Positions 1-13,580 of a DNA stretch of 64,000 nt are shown one piece after another. The notes below the pieces were generated by a model. That model made no database searches and was not told the origin of the DNA. It saw nothing but the letters and a program-made list of their open reading frames with translations. Both the position numbers and the translations under genes were made by a program. This stretch comes from the human T2T-CHM13v2.0 reference genome, Homo sapiens. Each line of letters begins with the position of its first letter. Positions within the stretch are counted from its first letter, which is position 1. Where the stretch lies: assembly GCF_009914755.1 (NCBI RefSeq), contig NC_060926.1. One strand, given 5' to 3'.

Positions 1-1313
1 GTCTTAATTGGGTTTGTTTTTCTCCAAATAGTAGCTGCATTTTTTTCTTACCAGAAGCCAGGTTACACTCTTCACCCAGAACCTTTCAGATTGTTATCCT
101 TATCTTGGGAATTTTAAGTTTTCCTCCCCTACCAGCTATTTGTCCCAACTTCAGTTTCTTAGCCACAAAACTAATGTATTAGAACTACCCTTGGGGAAAG
201 TTTCCTCTTTGTTTATGCTCAGCTCTTCTTTTTTTGATCTTTTGGAGTTGGGGGGAGGGGAGGGCGGTCACTGGAGTGGGGAATGGGCTTTGATTGTTGG
301 CACTTCTTGTAGCAGAGCCTGGACACAAAATAAAGATTTTATTTTCGGTCAACTTTCTGTTTTTTGTTTTGTATGTTTTGTAGCAAGACAGTTTTTTTTA
401 CAGTATCTATTTGCCATATTGACACTAATGGGAGGCTCTTTTTATTTTGAAACTCCTTCTAAATAATTTTATTCTCAAATAATATAGGTATAATATATAA
501 AATTCAAAAACCATCCAGAAAGTTATAAAATAAAATTGCTTTTACTTCTATAGCCCAAGGTAACTACAGGCTTTTTGGAATTTTTGCAATTGATTTTTTA
601 CTTGATTAGGATATAAGTGATAATTTAAAATCTTAAAAACGAGAAGCAATTAAAAGATATTTTGTAGCCATATATTAAAAATGGACTGATTTTGTAGCTT
701 TACAAAATTGCCCCAATTGAGAACTACTGTAGTAGACCTAAGTGGCTCGGAGTTATTGGTATATATTTCTTCATTTTCTTTTTTTAAATATATCTTCCTT
801 TTCAAAGCTTGTCAAACTAATGTTAAGTGGGATGCTTGTCTATTAATGGTAAAAATTGTATATATATAATCTCTGTCTACACCAGGATATCTATTTTAAA
901 ATTATATACTGCTACAATAGGGCATACCCAACTCATAAAGTTGAAAAACTTTATGTGCATTAAATCTCTGGTAATATGAGAATTTTAGAAGTATTTGAAA
1001 GGGTATACCAGTACCTTGTCACATAAAAGCAATCTTAAAAAGCCAGTACAGAAGTGTAGTTAAAGATAGGATGAGGGAACTATATAACACTAATTTTTGC
1101 CCTGCATTGAATGTATTCTGGTGCCTTGGCAAGTCATTTTAAAAAGTGTTAATTTTTTAATCTATAGAATGGAATTGATTTTACCTAAATTATATAGGGT
1201 ACCACAGTAGTGAATATGAGAGATTTGTTTAAGATAAAACAGTCCACAAAAATACTAAGTGCTTTAGTTGATCAGCTATTTAAACTCTTTCAGCTATTAA
1301 ATAATAGAAGAAA

Positions 1314-1361
1314 ATGGAATTGAATATGATGTCAGCATGGAACAATCTAATGATTCATTAA
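1314..1361 (+). promoter_or_regulatory. Out-of-frame uORF overlapping the CARF start codon (MELNMMSAWNNLMIH*)
   Basis: ATGs at 1314, 1326 and 1329 share one frame; stop TAA 1359-1361; first ATG context aaaATGG. Confidence 0.6.
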
Positions 1362-1414
1362 GAGTCAACCATAATGACGGTGAAGAGTCAAAAACCAGTG
1401 CTCAAGTATTTGAG
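1337..1414 (+). CDS. CARF: CARF coding exon 1 (acceptor ttctttcag ends at 1293; ATG at 1337; aa 1-26 MEQSNDSLRVNHNDGEESKTSAQVFE)
   Basis: Kozak agcATGG; donor GAG|gtatgg; 78 nt, phase 0. Confidence 0.93.
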
Positions 1415-1526
1415 GTATGGATTCAGCTGGGAACCTTTTTCCATCCTAGGGTAAAACAGCATGCCATTTAACAGCTCTTTATGCTCAAGGGATAGCTGTT
1501 ATATTTAGTGTATTCAAGAATTTTGA

Positions 1527-1825
<299 letters not shown>

Positions 1826-2173
1826 TTAATATTTAATTATACACATATTTTATGATATATTTAATATTATAATACAGAACTTAATGCTAAGATATATTCA
1901 TAAAAATTTTATATACAGAGAAAAATCTATAGGTTGAATTATGTTATTTCAGGTTCCATTCCTGTGGACAATTTTGGTAAAATTAAGATAGTAAGTATAA
2001 TAATCAACAATTTTACTTAAGAAATACTTTCTGTGTATAGCAATTTGTGTGAATTGACAACTCTTACAAAAAAGTAAAAACAACTGAAAAATGGATGTCT
2101 TTTCATTTTTATTATACACATCTTTAAAAAAAATGGTGATAGACTGAAGTGATTTTTTTTTTCCTTACAAAAG

Positions 2174-2401
2174 CATCTAATCTGTATGGACTCCAGGGAT
2201 TCTTCCTTTGGACAAAATGATTCTCCTACAGTTTTGCCCATCACTACTCGTGAAGCAAATAATTCACTCATATCACAGAATATACCAGGGCCCCTGACTC
2301 AGACACAGACTCTTTCTGCAGAGCAATTCCATCTAGTGGACCAAAATGGGCAGGCTATTCAATATGAACTTCAGTCATTGGGGGAATCCAATGCACAAAT
2401 G
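2174..2401 (+). CDS. CARF: CARF coding exon 2 (HLICMDSRDS...ESNAQM)
   Basis: Acceptor ttccttacaaaag|CAT; donor ATG|gtgagt; 228 nt, phase 0-0; matches ORF 2186..2422. Confidence 0.96.
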
Positions 2402-2490
2402 GTGAGTATATTTTATAAGTAACCAGTTTTATGCCGTTTAGCAAAATGTATTAGTCTTACTAAATGACCTTAATTTCTTGACACTTTTGA

Positions 2491-2817
<327 letters not shown>

Positions 2818-3019
2818 TAAAATACTGTTTCCATGACTTTCATTTTTATGTAAGGATTTTAAAAGATTTGCATTCAGGACTACAAATAGTACTTTAAACA
2901 GTACTTATGAGTCTCTGTGTTTGGGCACACTTGTGCTTTGAGATCAATTGGAAATGTAACATATTCTGTAACTAGTTCTGAAGTGCCAGAGTTGACATGG
3001 AACTTACATTTAATGGAAT

Positions 3020-3021
<2 letters not shown>

Positions 3022-3072
<51 letters not shown>
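3022..3072. repeat. (CA)25 microsatellite
   Basis: Uninterrupted AC run. Confidence 0.97.
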
Positions 3073-3073
<1 letters not shown>

Positions 3074-3086
3074 TAGGCTAACTCCA

Positions 3087-3386
<300 letters not shown>

Positions 3387-4764
3387 TAAACTCCTGTTTT
3401 TGATTTATCAACATCTCACTGACCTGCAAGCCACTTTCTGGTATGTTTTCTTGAAGAAATAGAAAGTAATGGAGGTACTGCAATGGAGGTACTACTAGTA
3501 TATGGGGAATTAGACATATCCTTGCTGATCTTTGTGGGTAAATGTGTGCCACGTGAGTAATAATGCATAAAGATAAAAAGATGAGGATGGCTAAATACTT
3601 TTCAAACTGTTGGCTAAAAGTATTTTTGACCAAGTTCATAGTTTGAGCCAAAGAGGTGAAAGATTGTTTTGACTGACATATGGAAAATTACTAAGCCTCT
3701 AAGTTGCTCTCTGGTTATTTAGAATATACTTAACATAAGTAATACTGTGAAGGATAATGTGTTTCTTGTTTACTTGAATTTTCTGAATTTTCTACAATAA
3801 ATATTTTATTACTTTCATAATAAAATTAATAATTTTAAAAGCATAATAACTTTAATTATAAATTATACCACAGGTAAACATTTTACCTAGAATTAACCCT
3901 TGTTTCTGTTCATAATCTAGAGCATTCTAGAGTTAATCTGTGCCATTTTGCTCCTTTATGATCCAGCCAAATTGAGTTTTCTAAATTCTAGGGTTAACAG
4001 TAATTGGTTGAGAGGTGACTGTGTGCAGGGGAATCCTTTTTGTTTATGTTCAGGTTTTCTGGGCCTATGCCCAGAACCATACTGCATCACCGGCAGAGGT
4101 TAATATTCAACAAATAATTTAAATGTTAACCAACTACATTTTAATTTTTCATGTCCAGAATGAAATACTTCTGTAGTTTCCCCTTTATTTGACATTTATT
4201 CTAGTTTCTATCAGAACATTTAGAAAGTTTGTGTTTTTTTTTTTCCAACAGGAAGATCAAGGAGTCTGAATGTGTAAAAGGGTTGTCATTTTACCTAGGG
4301 TACCTTTCCGAGCAAAATTGTTTATTTGAGTCCAAAAAAAAGTTAATTAACACTCTTTGTAATTGGATTAAACTTTCTATACAAAGTAAGTACAAAGGTG
4401 GTTTTACATTGTTTAGGTAGGCGATGACACAGAAGGTTATTTGAAACCATGAAATAGGAAACATGGTATGAAGCATGGAAAAAAAATGTGAGAAACAGAT
4501 TATAAGAAAGAATTTTCTTCAAAGAACTGAAGATCAGAGAGAGAATATTCCGGGAAACTTAGTGGAACTTTTGGTTTTGTTTGTTTCAGTGGACTGTATT
4601 TTTTAGAGCAACTTTAGGTTCATGACCAAAGTGAGCAGAAGGTACACAGATTTTCATATATATATACTTCCTGTACCTGCACGTGCTACAGTATCCCCCT
4701 TTATCAACATCTCCTACCAAATGGAGCTATTTGGTGTTTTTTTGTTTTATTGTTTTTGTTTTAT

Positions 4765-5565
4765 TTACTTTTAACTTTTACTTTAGGTTCGAAGGTACAT
4801 GCGAAGGTTTGTTATGTAGGTACACTCAGATTGTACAAGTTATTTCATCCACCCATGCATTAGGCCTAGTACCCAATAGTTATTTTTTCAGCTCCTCTCC
4901 CTCCCACCCTCCACTCTCAAGTAGACCCCATTGTCTGTTGTTCCCTTCTTTGTGTTCATAAGTTTTTATCATTTAGCTCCCCCTTGTAAGTGAGAACATG
5001 CAGTATTTGGTTTTTTGTTCCAGTGTAGTTTGCTAAGGATAGTAGCCTCCAGCTCCATCTGCGTTCCCACAAAAGACATGATCTTGTTCTTTTTTATGGC
5101 TGCATAGTATTCCGTGGTGTATATGTACCACATTTTCTTTATCTAATCTGTCAATGATGGGCATTTAGGTTGATCCATTTATTTGCTATTGTGAGTAGGG
5201 CATTAATGAACATTCATGTGCATGTGTCTTTATGGAAGAATGATTTATATTCCTCTGGGTATATATCCAGTAATAGGATTGCTGGGTTGAATGGTGGTTC
5301 TGTTTTTATCTCTTTGAGGAATCACCATACTGCTTTCTACAATGGTTGAACAAATTTACACTCCCACCAGAAAGTATATAAGTGTTCTCTTTTCTCCACA
5401 ACCTCACTAGCATCTGTTATCTTTTGACTTTTTAATAATGGCCATTCTGACTGGTGTGAGATAGTATCTCATTGTGGTTTTGATTTGCATTTCTCTAATG
5501 ATTAGTTATATTGAGCTTTTTTTCATATGCTTGTTGACTGCATGTATGTCTTCTTTTTGAAAAGT
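4765..5565 (-). mobile_element. Older L1P element, 3' UTR/ORF2 end (part 1, interrupted)
   Basis: Antisense L1 3' end motifs (gtgagaacatgcagtatttgg, ggctgcatagtattcc); continues at ~7101. Confidence 0.9.
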
Positions 5566-7100
5566 TTATGTTGAAACTAGATAAAACTACTTTAAATTTC
5601 ATATGGAACCAAAAAAGAGCCTGTATAGCCAAGACAATCCTAAGCAAAAAGAACAAAGCTAGAGGCATCATGTTACTTGACTTCAAACTATACTACAAGG
5701 CTACAGTAACCCAAACAGCATGGTACTGGTATCAAAACAGATATACAGACCAATGGAACAGAACAGAGGCCTCAGAAATAACACGACACATCTACAACCA
5801 TCTGATCTTTGACAAACCTGACAAAAACAAGAAATGGGGAAAGGATTCTCTATTTAATAAATGGTGCTGGGAAAACTGGCTAGCCGTATGCAGAAAACAG
5901 AAACTGGACCCCTTCCTTACACCTTATACAAAAAATTAATTCAAGATGGATTAAAGGCTTAAACGTAAAACCTAAAACTATAAAAACCCTAGAAGAAAAC
6001 CTAGGCAATGCCATTCAGGACATAGGCATGGGCAAAGACTTCATGACTAAAACACCAAAAGCAATTGCAACAGAAGCTAAAGTTGACAAATGGGATCTAA
6101 TTAAAGAGCTTCTGCTCAGCAAAAGAAACTATCAGAGTGAACAGGCAACCTACAGAATGGGAGAAAATTTTTGCAAGCTATCTATCTGACAAAGGTCTAA
6201 TATCCAGAATCTACAAGGAAGTTAAACAAATTTACAAGAAAATCCATCAAAAAGTGGGCAAAGGATATGAAAAGACACTTTTCCAAAGAAGACATTTATG
6301 TGGCCAACAAACATAAAAGTTCATCATCATCGGTCATTAGAGGAACGCAAATCAAAACCACGATGAGATATCATCACACGCCGGTTAGAATGGCGATTAT
6401 TAAGAAGTCTGGAAACAACAGATGCTGGCGAGGCTGTGGAGAAATAGGAACGCTTTTACACTGTTGGTGGTAGTGTAAATTAGTTTGGCCATTGTGGAAG
6501 ACAGTGTGATGATTCCTCAAGGATCTAGAACCAGAAATACCATTTGACCCAGCAATCTCATTACTCTGTGTATACCCAAAGGATTATAAATCATTCTTCT
6601 ATAAAGACACATGGACATGTATGTTTATTGAAGCACTGTTTACAATAGCAAAGTCTTGGAACTACCCCAAATGCCCATCAATGATAGACTGGATAAAGAA
6701 AATGTGGCACATATATACCATGGAACACTATGTAGCCATAAAAAAGAATGAGTTCATGTCCTTTGCAGGGACATGGCTGAAGCTGGAAACCATCATCCTC
6801 AGCAATCTAACACAGGAACAGAAAACCAAACACCTAATGTTCTCACTCATAAATGGGATTTGAACAATGGGAACACATGGACACAGGGAGGAGAACATCA
6901 TACACCAGGGCCTGTCGGGGGGGTAGGGGGAAAGAGGATGGAGAGCAATAGGACAAATACCTAATGCATGAGGGGCTTAAAACCTAGATGATGAGTTGAT
7001 AGGTGCAGCAAACCACCATGGCACATGTATACATATGTAACAAACTTGCACGTTCAGCATATGTGTCCCAGAACTTAAAGTAAAACAAAAAACAAAAAAC
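5566..7100 (+). mobile_element. 5'-truncated L1PA (ORF2 C-terminus + 3' UTR + A-tail) nested in the antisense L1
   Basis: ORFs 5568, 6267 and 6621 translate to L1 ORF2p C-terminal fragments ([41 protein letters not shown]); ends cttaaagtaaaacaaaaaac. Confidence 0.95.
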
Positions 7101-8430
7101 CAGAAATGTCTGTTTGTGTCCTTTGCCCACTTTTCAATGGTGTTGTTTTTCTTTTGTAAATTTGTTTTAAGTTCGATATAGATGCTGGATAATAGACCTT
7201 TGTCAGATGTATAGTTTGCAGATATTTTCTCCCATTCTTCAGGTTGTTTGTTTACTGTGTTGATAGTTTCTTTTGCTGTATAGAAGCTCTTAAGTTTATT
7301 TAGATTCCATTTTCCAATTTTTGCTTTTGTTGTGATTGCTTTTAGTGTCTTTGTCATGAAATCTTTGCCCATTCCCTTGTCCAGGATGGTATTGCCTAGG
7401 CTGTCTTCCAGGTTTTTATAGTTTTGGGTTTTATATTTAAATCTTTAGTCTATCTTGAGTTTATTTTTGTATATGGTGTGAGGAAGGGGTCCAGCTTCTG
7501 TCTTCTGCATGTGGCTAACCTGTAATCCTGGCACCATTTACTTAGCAGGGAGTTGTCTCCCTAATGCTTGTTTTTGTCAGCTTTGTTGAAGATGAAATGG
7601 TTGCAGGTGTGCAGCCTTGTTTCTGGGCTCTCTCTTCTGTTCCATTGGTCTATATGTCTGTTTTCATACCAGTACCATGCTGTTTTGGTTACTGTAGCCT
7701 TGTAGTATAGTTTGAAGTCAGGTAACATAATGCCTCCAGCTTTCTACTTTTTGCTTAGGATTGCCTTGGCTATTTGGCCTTTTTTTGGTTCTATATGAGT
7801 TTTAAAATAGTTTTTTTCTGGTTCTGTGAAGAATGCCATTGGCAGTTTGATAGGAATAGCATTGAATCTGTGAATTGCTTTGCGCAGTGTGGCCATTTTA
7901 ATGATATTGATTCTTTCTGTCCATGAGCATGGATTTTTTTTTCCATTTGTTCGTATCTTCTCTGATTTATTTGAGCAGTCTTTTGTAATTCTTATGGTAG
8001 AGATCTTTCACCTTCTTGTAATCCTAGGTATTTTATTCTTTTTCTGGCAATTGTGAATAGGATTGCCTTCCTAGTTTGGCCCTTGTCTTGGTTGTTGTTG
8101 GTATATTGGAATGCTAGTGATTTTTAAACATTGATTTTGTATACTGAAACTTTGCTGAAGTTGTTTATCTTCTGGAAGAGCTTTTGGACGGAGAATATGG
8201 GGTTTTCTAAATGTAGGATCATGTCGTCTGCAAACAAGGATAGTCCAACTTCCTCTCTTCCTATCTGGATGCCCTTTATTTCTTTCTCTTGCCTGATTGC
8301 TTTGGCCGGGACTTCCAATACTATGTTGAATAGGAGTGGTGAGAGAGGGCATCCTTTTCTTGTGCTGGTTTTCAAGGAGAATGCTTCTGGCTTTTGCCTA
8401 TTTACTATGATGTTGGCTGTGGGTTTGTTA
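7101..8430 (-). mobile_element. Older L1P element, ORF2 (part 2)
   Basis: Minus-strand ORFs 6977..7372 and 8124..8375 encode ORF2p RT segments ([22 protein letters not shown]). Confidence 0.95.
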
Positions 8431-8496
8431 GCTAAGCATCTTGTTTTTCTTAATTTATTTTAATTAAATAATTTATTTTTTAAGAGAAATGTCTCA

Positions 8497-8799
8497 GCTG
8501 GGCCTGGTGGCTTACGCCTGTAATCCCAGCACTTTGGGAGGCTGAGGTGGGCAGATCACGAGGTCAGGAGTCCGAGACTAGACTGGTCAACATAGTAAAA
8601 CCCCATTTCTACTAAAAATATGAAAATTAGCCAGGCATGGTGGTGCATACCTGTAATGCCATCTACTCAGGAGGCTGAGGCAGGAGAATCACTTGAACCC
8701 AGGAGGCAGAGGTTGTGGTGAGCCAAGGTCGTGCCACTGCACTCCATGCACTCCAGCCTGGGCAACAGAGCAAGACTCCATCTCAAAAAAAAAAAAAAA
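8497..8799 (+). mobile_element. AluS inserted in a degenerate antisense Alu monomer
   Basis: TSD aagagaaatgtctca / aagagatatgtctca; monomer remnant 8800-8897. Confidence 0.93.
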
Positions 8800-8863
8800 G
8801 AGATATGTCTCACTCTGTCACCTAGGCTTAACTGCAGTGGCATGATCATAGCCTCCAGAGTAG

Positions 8864-9291
<428 letters not shown>

Positions 9292-10044
9292 CAATATGAC
9301 TTTTTATATAAAAGTTATTAGTAAAGATTCTGTAGTGGGTGAATCTGCAATGGATGAAGATGTTTTGGAGTGAAGCTGAATTGGTCTTTTGAATTTATTA
9401 GAAATATTGTACACAAAGGGCCTAGTAGGTAAAAGACCACTCAGCTAAAGTTTTCTGATAATTTTCATGGTCTGCCTGAAATAGAATGTGTTGTAGCACA
9501 TGACTCTTCAAAACCATGTTTGCTTTCATAGCAAAGATTTTAGGTAATTAGCTGGGTTTTCTTTAAATAGGAAAAGTAATATTAACATTGTCATTGTCAG
9601 ATTATATGAATTGTAAATAGTTTTTTAGGTACCAGGGGGACTTAGCTAAGAAGGGAGAAAATAAATGAGACTTTTATCTACTATGCTTGGGAAACATAGT
9701 TTCAAAATTAAGAGGATATTCCACAGATCAGTCTTAATTATGAAACTTGTATATGATTGAATAACTTATAAAAACTTATTTGTGTTTAATTTTGATTTAA
9801 AAATAACCACAGCACTTATTTTCTAAGAATGAATAGAACACTTTTCATACCCCCATTCCTAAAAGTTAGAAAATTTGTATATACATATTTTTTTCACAGA
9901 TATTTAATCTTATTATAAGGGGTAAAGAATTTAAAACAATATTATTACTGTTGCCTTTTAATGTCCAGCAGGGTTTTTTATATTGTTTTGCTTTTGTCTT
10001 TTCTTAGGTTAAGTAACATTGTCAAATATTGGGAGCTAGTACAG

Positions 10045-10250
10045 AGTGGTAGTTTGAAGGAGTCAGATTGCTTGAGTTTCAATTATAGCCTACCACTAAA
10101 TAGCTCTGTGTAACCTTCTATGAGTTTTGTAACCTCTGTGTGACAGTTTCCTCATTTATAAAATGTATATACTTGAGATACACGTGATGAGGATTAAATG
10201 AGGTAATACATCTGAAGTGCTGCCACTTCCTATGAACTGAGCACGTGTAA
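10045..10250 (+). mobile_element. MIR
   Basis: MIR core-like ggagtcagattgcttgagtttcaatt...cagtttcctcatttataaaatg. Confidence 0.7.
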
Positions 10251-10497
10251 GCAGTTGTCATCAGTTTGCAGTTGCTGTTTCATGCTAAAGTGATAAGAGT
10301 TATGGCAGGACATTTTTATCTCAAGAAACTTGTTGAACATTGGGGAAGGAAGGAAACAATTCCCATTCTTAATTTTGGGAACTATCTATGATTATATTAA
10401 TATTTAAAGCATTCTAGTTTGTTGAAGTTTTTCCCCTAACATTAAATTTTTTAAAAAATTTTTTTCAAATTTATATTTGCATTTTTTCAAATGGCCC

Positions 10498-10773
10498 TTT
10501 TTTTTTGAGACAAGGTTTTGCTCTGTCACCCAGGCTGGAGTACAGCAGCATGATCACGGCTCACTGCAGCCTCGACCTCCCAGCCTCAAGTGATCCTCCC
10601 ACCTGAACCCCCAGAGTAGCTGGTACTACAGGCACATGCCATCACACTCAGCTAATTTTTAAAATTTTTTGTAGAGACAGGTAGCCCAAGCTCAAACTCC
10701 TGGGTTCAAGTGATCCTCTCACCTTGGCCTCCCAAAGTACTGGGATTACAGGCATGAGCCACTGTATCTGGCC
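10498..10773 (-). mobile_element. AluJ
   Basis: Diverged reverse-complement Alu with J diagnostics (gcagcctcgacctcc, gatcctccc). Confidence 0.9.
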
Positions 10774-10958
10774 TCAAGTAACTCCCTTAAAAGTTGGAAT
10801 ACAGTCCCTGTCAAGCATCAGCAATATTTTCATGTTTTACCTAGCAAAAGAGGAGTCTGGGAACGTGGGTTGGAATGATTAAGGATTGTTACCTGCACTA
10901 AAGAGGTAATAGGAGAGTAGTATGTTAAGTAATAAAATTTATGTGGTGCTGATGGAAG

Positions 10959-10999
10959 TCTGATGCTTCCAGACTTTTTGGAAGTCTGGAAGCATCAGA
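10959..10999. repeat. Perfect 18-bp inverted repeat with 5-nt loop
   Basis: tctgatgcttccagactt-tttgg-aagtctggaagcatcaga. Confidence 0.95.
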
Positions 11000-11257
11000 T
11001 AGACTTAAATTCAAATACTGTATTAGCTATACTTCCAAATGATAGGTCCAAAAGTTTTTCTTCAACTTCATATGTCTTTTTAGTTGATATTGCTCTAAAT
11101 TTGATAGAGTAGGTTTAGTTGTTAAACTGAAAAAAAGTACAATAAATATACTATTTTCCCTGTGTTTTCAGACTTTTGAGGCACTTTGTAGTACCGTTCT
11201 TTATGAACCATAGAGACTATATATAAATGCTGAGATACCAAAATAAATCCTATTTAA

Positions 11258-11572
<315 letters not shown>

Positions 11573-11754
11573 AACATGTTACCATTTTTAAACGAAGGAA
11601 GATGACTTTAAATATAAGACAAATGGTTGCCACACAAATAGGTGAAACATGTATGAATAATACAGTAAGTGGCAAAAGGTAAATGTATTACATCCAGACA
11701 GACTTGTTCAGATTACCAAGTAATTAGACTTCATCCATGTGTAATGATTAAGAC

Positions 11755-11910
11755 CATTGGTGGTTAAGACCCTAGGATTAGGGTCAAATTGCCTGTTTTT
11801 AATCCTGGCTTCACCACTTATAAGTTGTGAGACCTTGGAAAAAAATGTTTATGTGCCTCAATGTTTTCATCTATAAAATGGGGGAAATCATAGAATCCAT
11901 CATAGAGCTA
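11755..11910 (+). mobile_element. MIR
   Basis: aatcctggcttcaccactta...gaccttgg...cctcaatgttttcatctataaaatggg core. Confidence 0.7.
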
Positions 11911-12000
11911 GGTATGTGTTTAATAATTTATTTAATTAATAATTTTTGTTAAATCAGTCTAGGCATATGCATTTGATTTTTTTTTTTTAATGCTTCCAAG

Positions 12001-12121
12001 ATGATCGTTGCCAGCCCAACAGAAAATGGACAGGTACTTCGTGTAATTCCACCTACCCAGACAGGAATGGCACAAGTGATTATACCTCAGGGGCAACTTG
12101 TGGATGTGAATAGTCCTCGGG
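12001..12121 (+). CDS. CARF: CARF coding exon 3 (MIVASPTENG...VNSPR)
   Basis: Acceptor tgcttccaag|ATG; donor G|gtgagt; 121 nt, open frame continuing exon 2. Confidence 0.95.
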
Positions 12122-12459
12122 GTGAGTAACAACGGGATATAGGGGATTTGAGAGTGTTTTAAAAACATAAATATTTTAGAAAAATCACCTTATGAAAGTC
12201 AGTGCTAAAGTTGATTTCTTTAGGTAAAAGATTATGAATTAAATAATTAGAAAACAGCTCTTTGCCCAAATAAATTCAAAGTTCATTTTTCAACTCCTGT
12301 CTAGGTTAGCTATTTCATTTAAGAATTCTATGAAGCTGATTGACTCCTGCTTCCTCCCAAATGACCAATGAGCATAAAATAAATTATTATTAATGATAAC
12401 AGTAATAATAACAGCAACAATAGCAAGAATATAATGTTAATAGCTTCAGAAGTTTTTAT

Positions 12460-12757
12460 TTATATCTTTTTTTTTGGAGGCAGAGTCTCGCTCTATCCCC
12501 CAGGCTGGAGTACATTGGTGGCATGATCTCGGCTTACTGCAACCTCTGACTCCCAGGTTCAAGCAATTCTCCTGCCTCAGCCTCCTGAGTAGCAGGGATT
12601 ACAGGCGCCTGCAACCATGCCTAATTTTTATATTTTTAGTAGAGACGAGGCTTCACCATGTTGGCCAGACTGGTCTTGAACTCCTGACCTTGGGTGATCC
12701 ACCTGCCTCCGCCTCCCAAAGTGCTGGGATTATGCACGTGAGCCACTTCGCCCAGCC
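12460..12757 (-). mobile_element. AluS
   Basis: Reverse-complement Alu dimer. Confidence 0.93.
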
Positions 12758-13450
12758 ATTTATATCTTTATCAATATTTTTATTAGCCATGTGACTCATT
12801 ACTTTTTTTTTTTATCCTCTTGCTCTTTTCCTCTTTCCTTGGCTCCTTCAGATTCAGAAAAGAGAATCATGCTCCCTATTTCTCCTTGTATAGTCTTTCT
12901 TTACCTGTTTGGTAATATGCCTATTACTCTTTTTTTGTTGTTTTTTTTTTTTTTTTTTTTTTTGCTTTCCTCCCTTTTCCCTCTATTTGAATCTCTTTTC
13001 CAACCTCATAGCTATACTGTTATGTTGCTTCTTCATAGCTAATGGTTTAGGGCAGATATTTTTACCTTAGTGTTATCATTCTTTGTTAATAGTCATTAAG
13101 ACATTAAGAGAAAAACATAGATTGCAGAAAACATTATGAGCACAGTATATAAACAAAATTAGTTTTACATTTTCCTATATATTGCAGAACTCTTAATATA
13201 CAATTATTTCTACCACTTTTATATCCTGGCTGTTCAATATAAATTCTAAAAATTATAAAATTACAGTAGTCAGTATTATAATTTAAAGTAAACAAGTGTC
13301 AGAGAAATTCTCAATAAAGCATTATTCCTTTACTCTCAATAAAGCATAAATTTTCTTTACCTATTACAAATACATAAGTTTTAGTTAGGTATATTCTTAT
13401 GGTCTTATTCAAGATATTGATGTTACTTTGTTCTTGTTTTTGTTGTTAAG

Positions 13451-13580
13451 ATGTCCCTGAAGAGAAACCCAGTAACAGAAACTTACCAACTGTAAGAGTG
13501 GATACTCTAGCAGACAATACCAGCAATTACATTCTTCATCCTCAAACATCCTTCCCATTGCCCAAAAAGTCAGTGACCGG
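13451..13580 (+). CDS. CARF: CARF coding exon 4 (DVPEEKPSNR...KKSVTG)
   Basis: Acceptor ttgttgttaag|AT; donor GG|gtgagt; 130 nt, phase 1-2. Confidence 0.95.

Noticed and set aside
140-466. 108-aa ORF with a G-rich patch at 249-287
   Set aside because: Non-ATG start, low-complexity T-rich composition, no recognisable homology or splice context; intronic.
5568-8375. Reverse-transcriptase-like ORFs on both strands that could suggest a novel RT system
   Set aside because: Broken fragments of two ordinary truncated L1 ORF2 copies with stops and frameshifts.
9985-10014. polyY-TAG|GTTAAG resembling a recursive splice site
   Set aside because: The regenerated donor is weak and the intron is only ~9.6 kb; known human recursive sites are in much longer introns.
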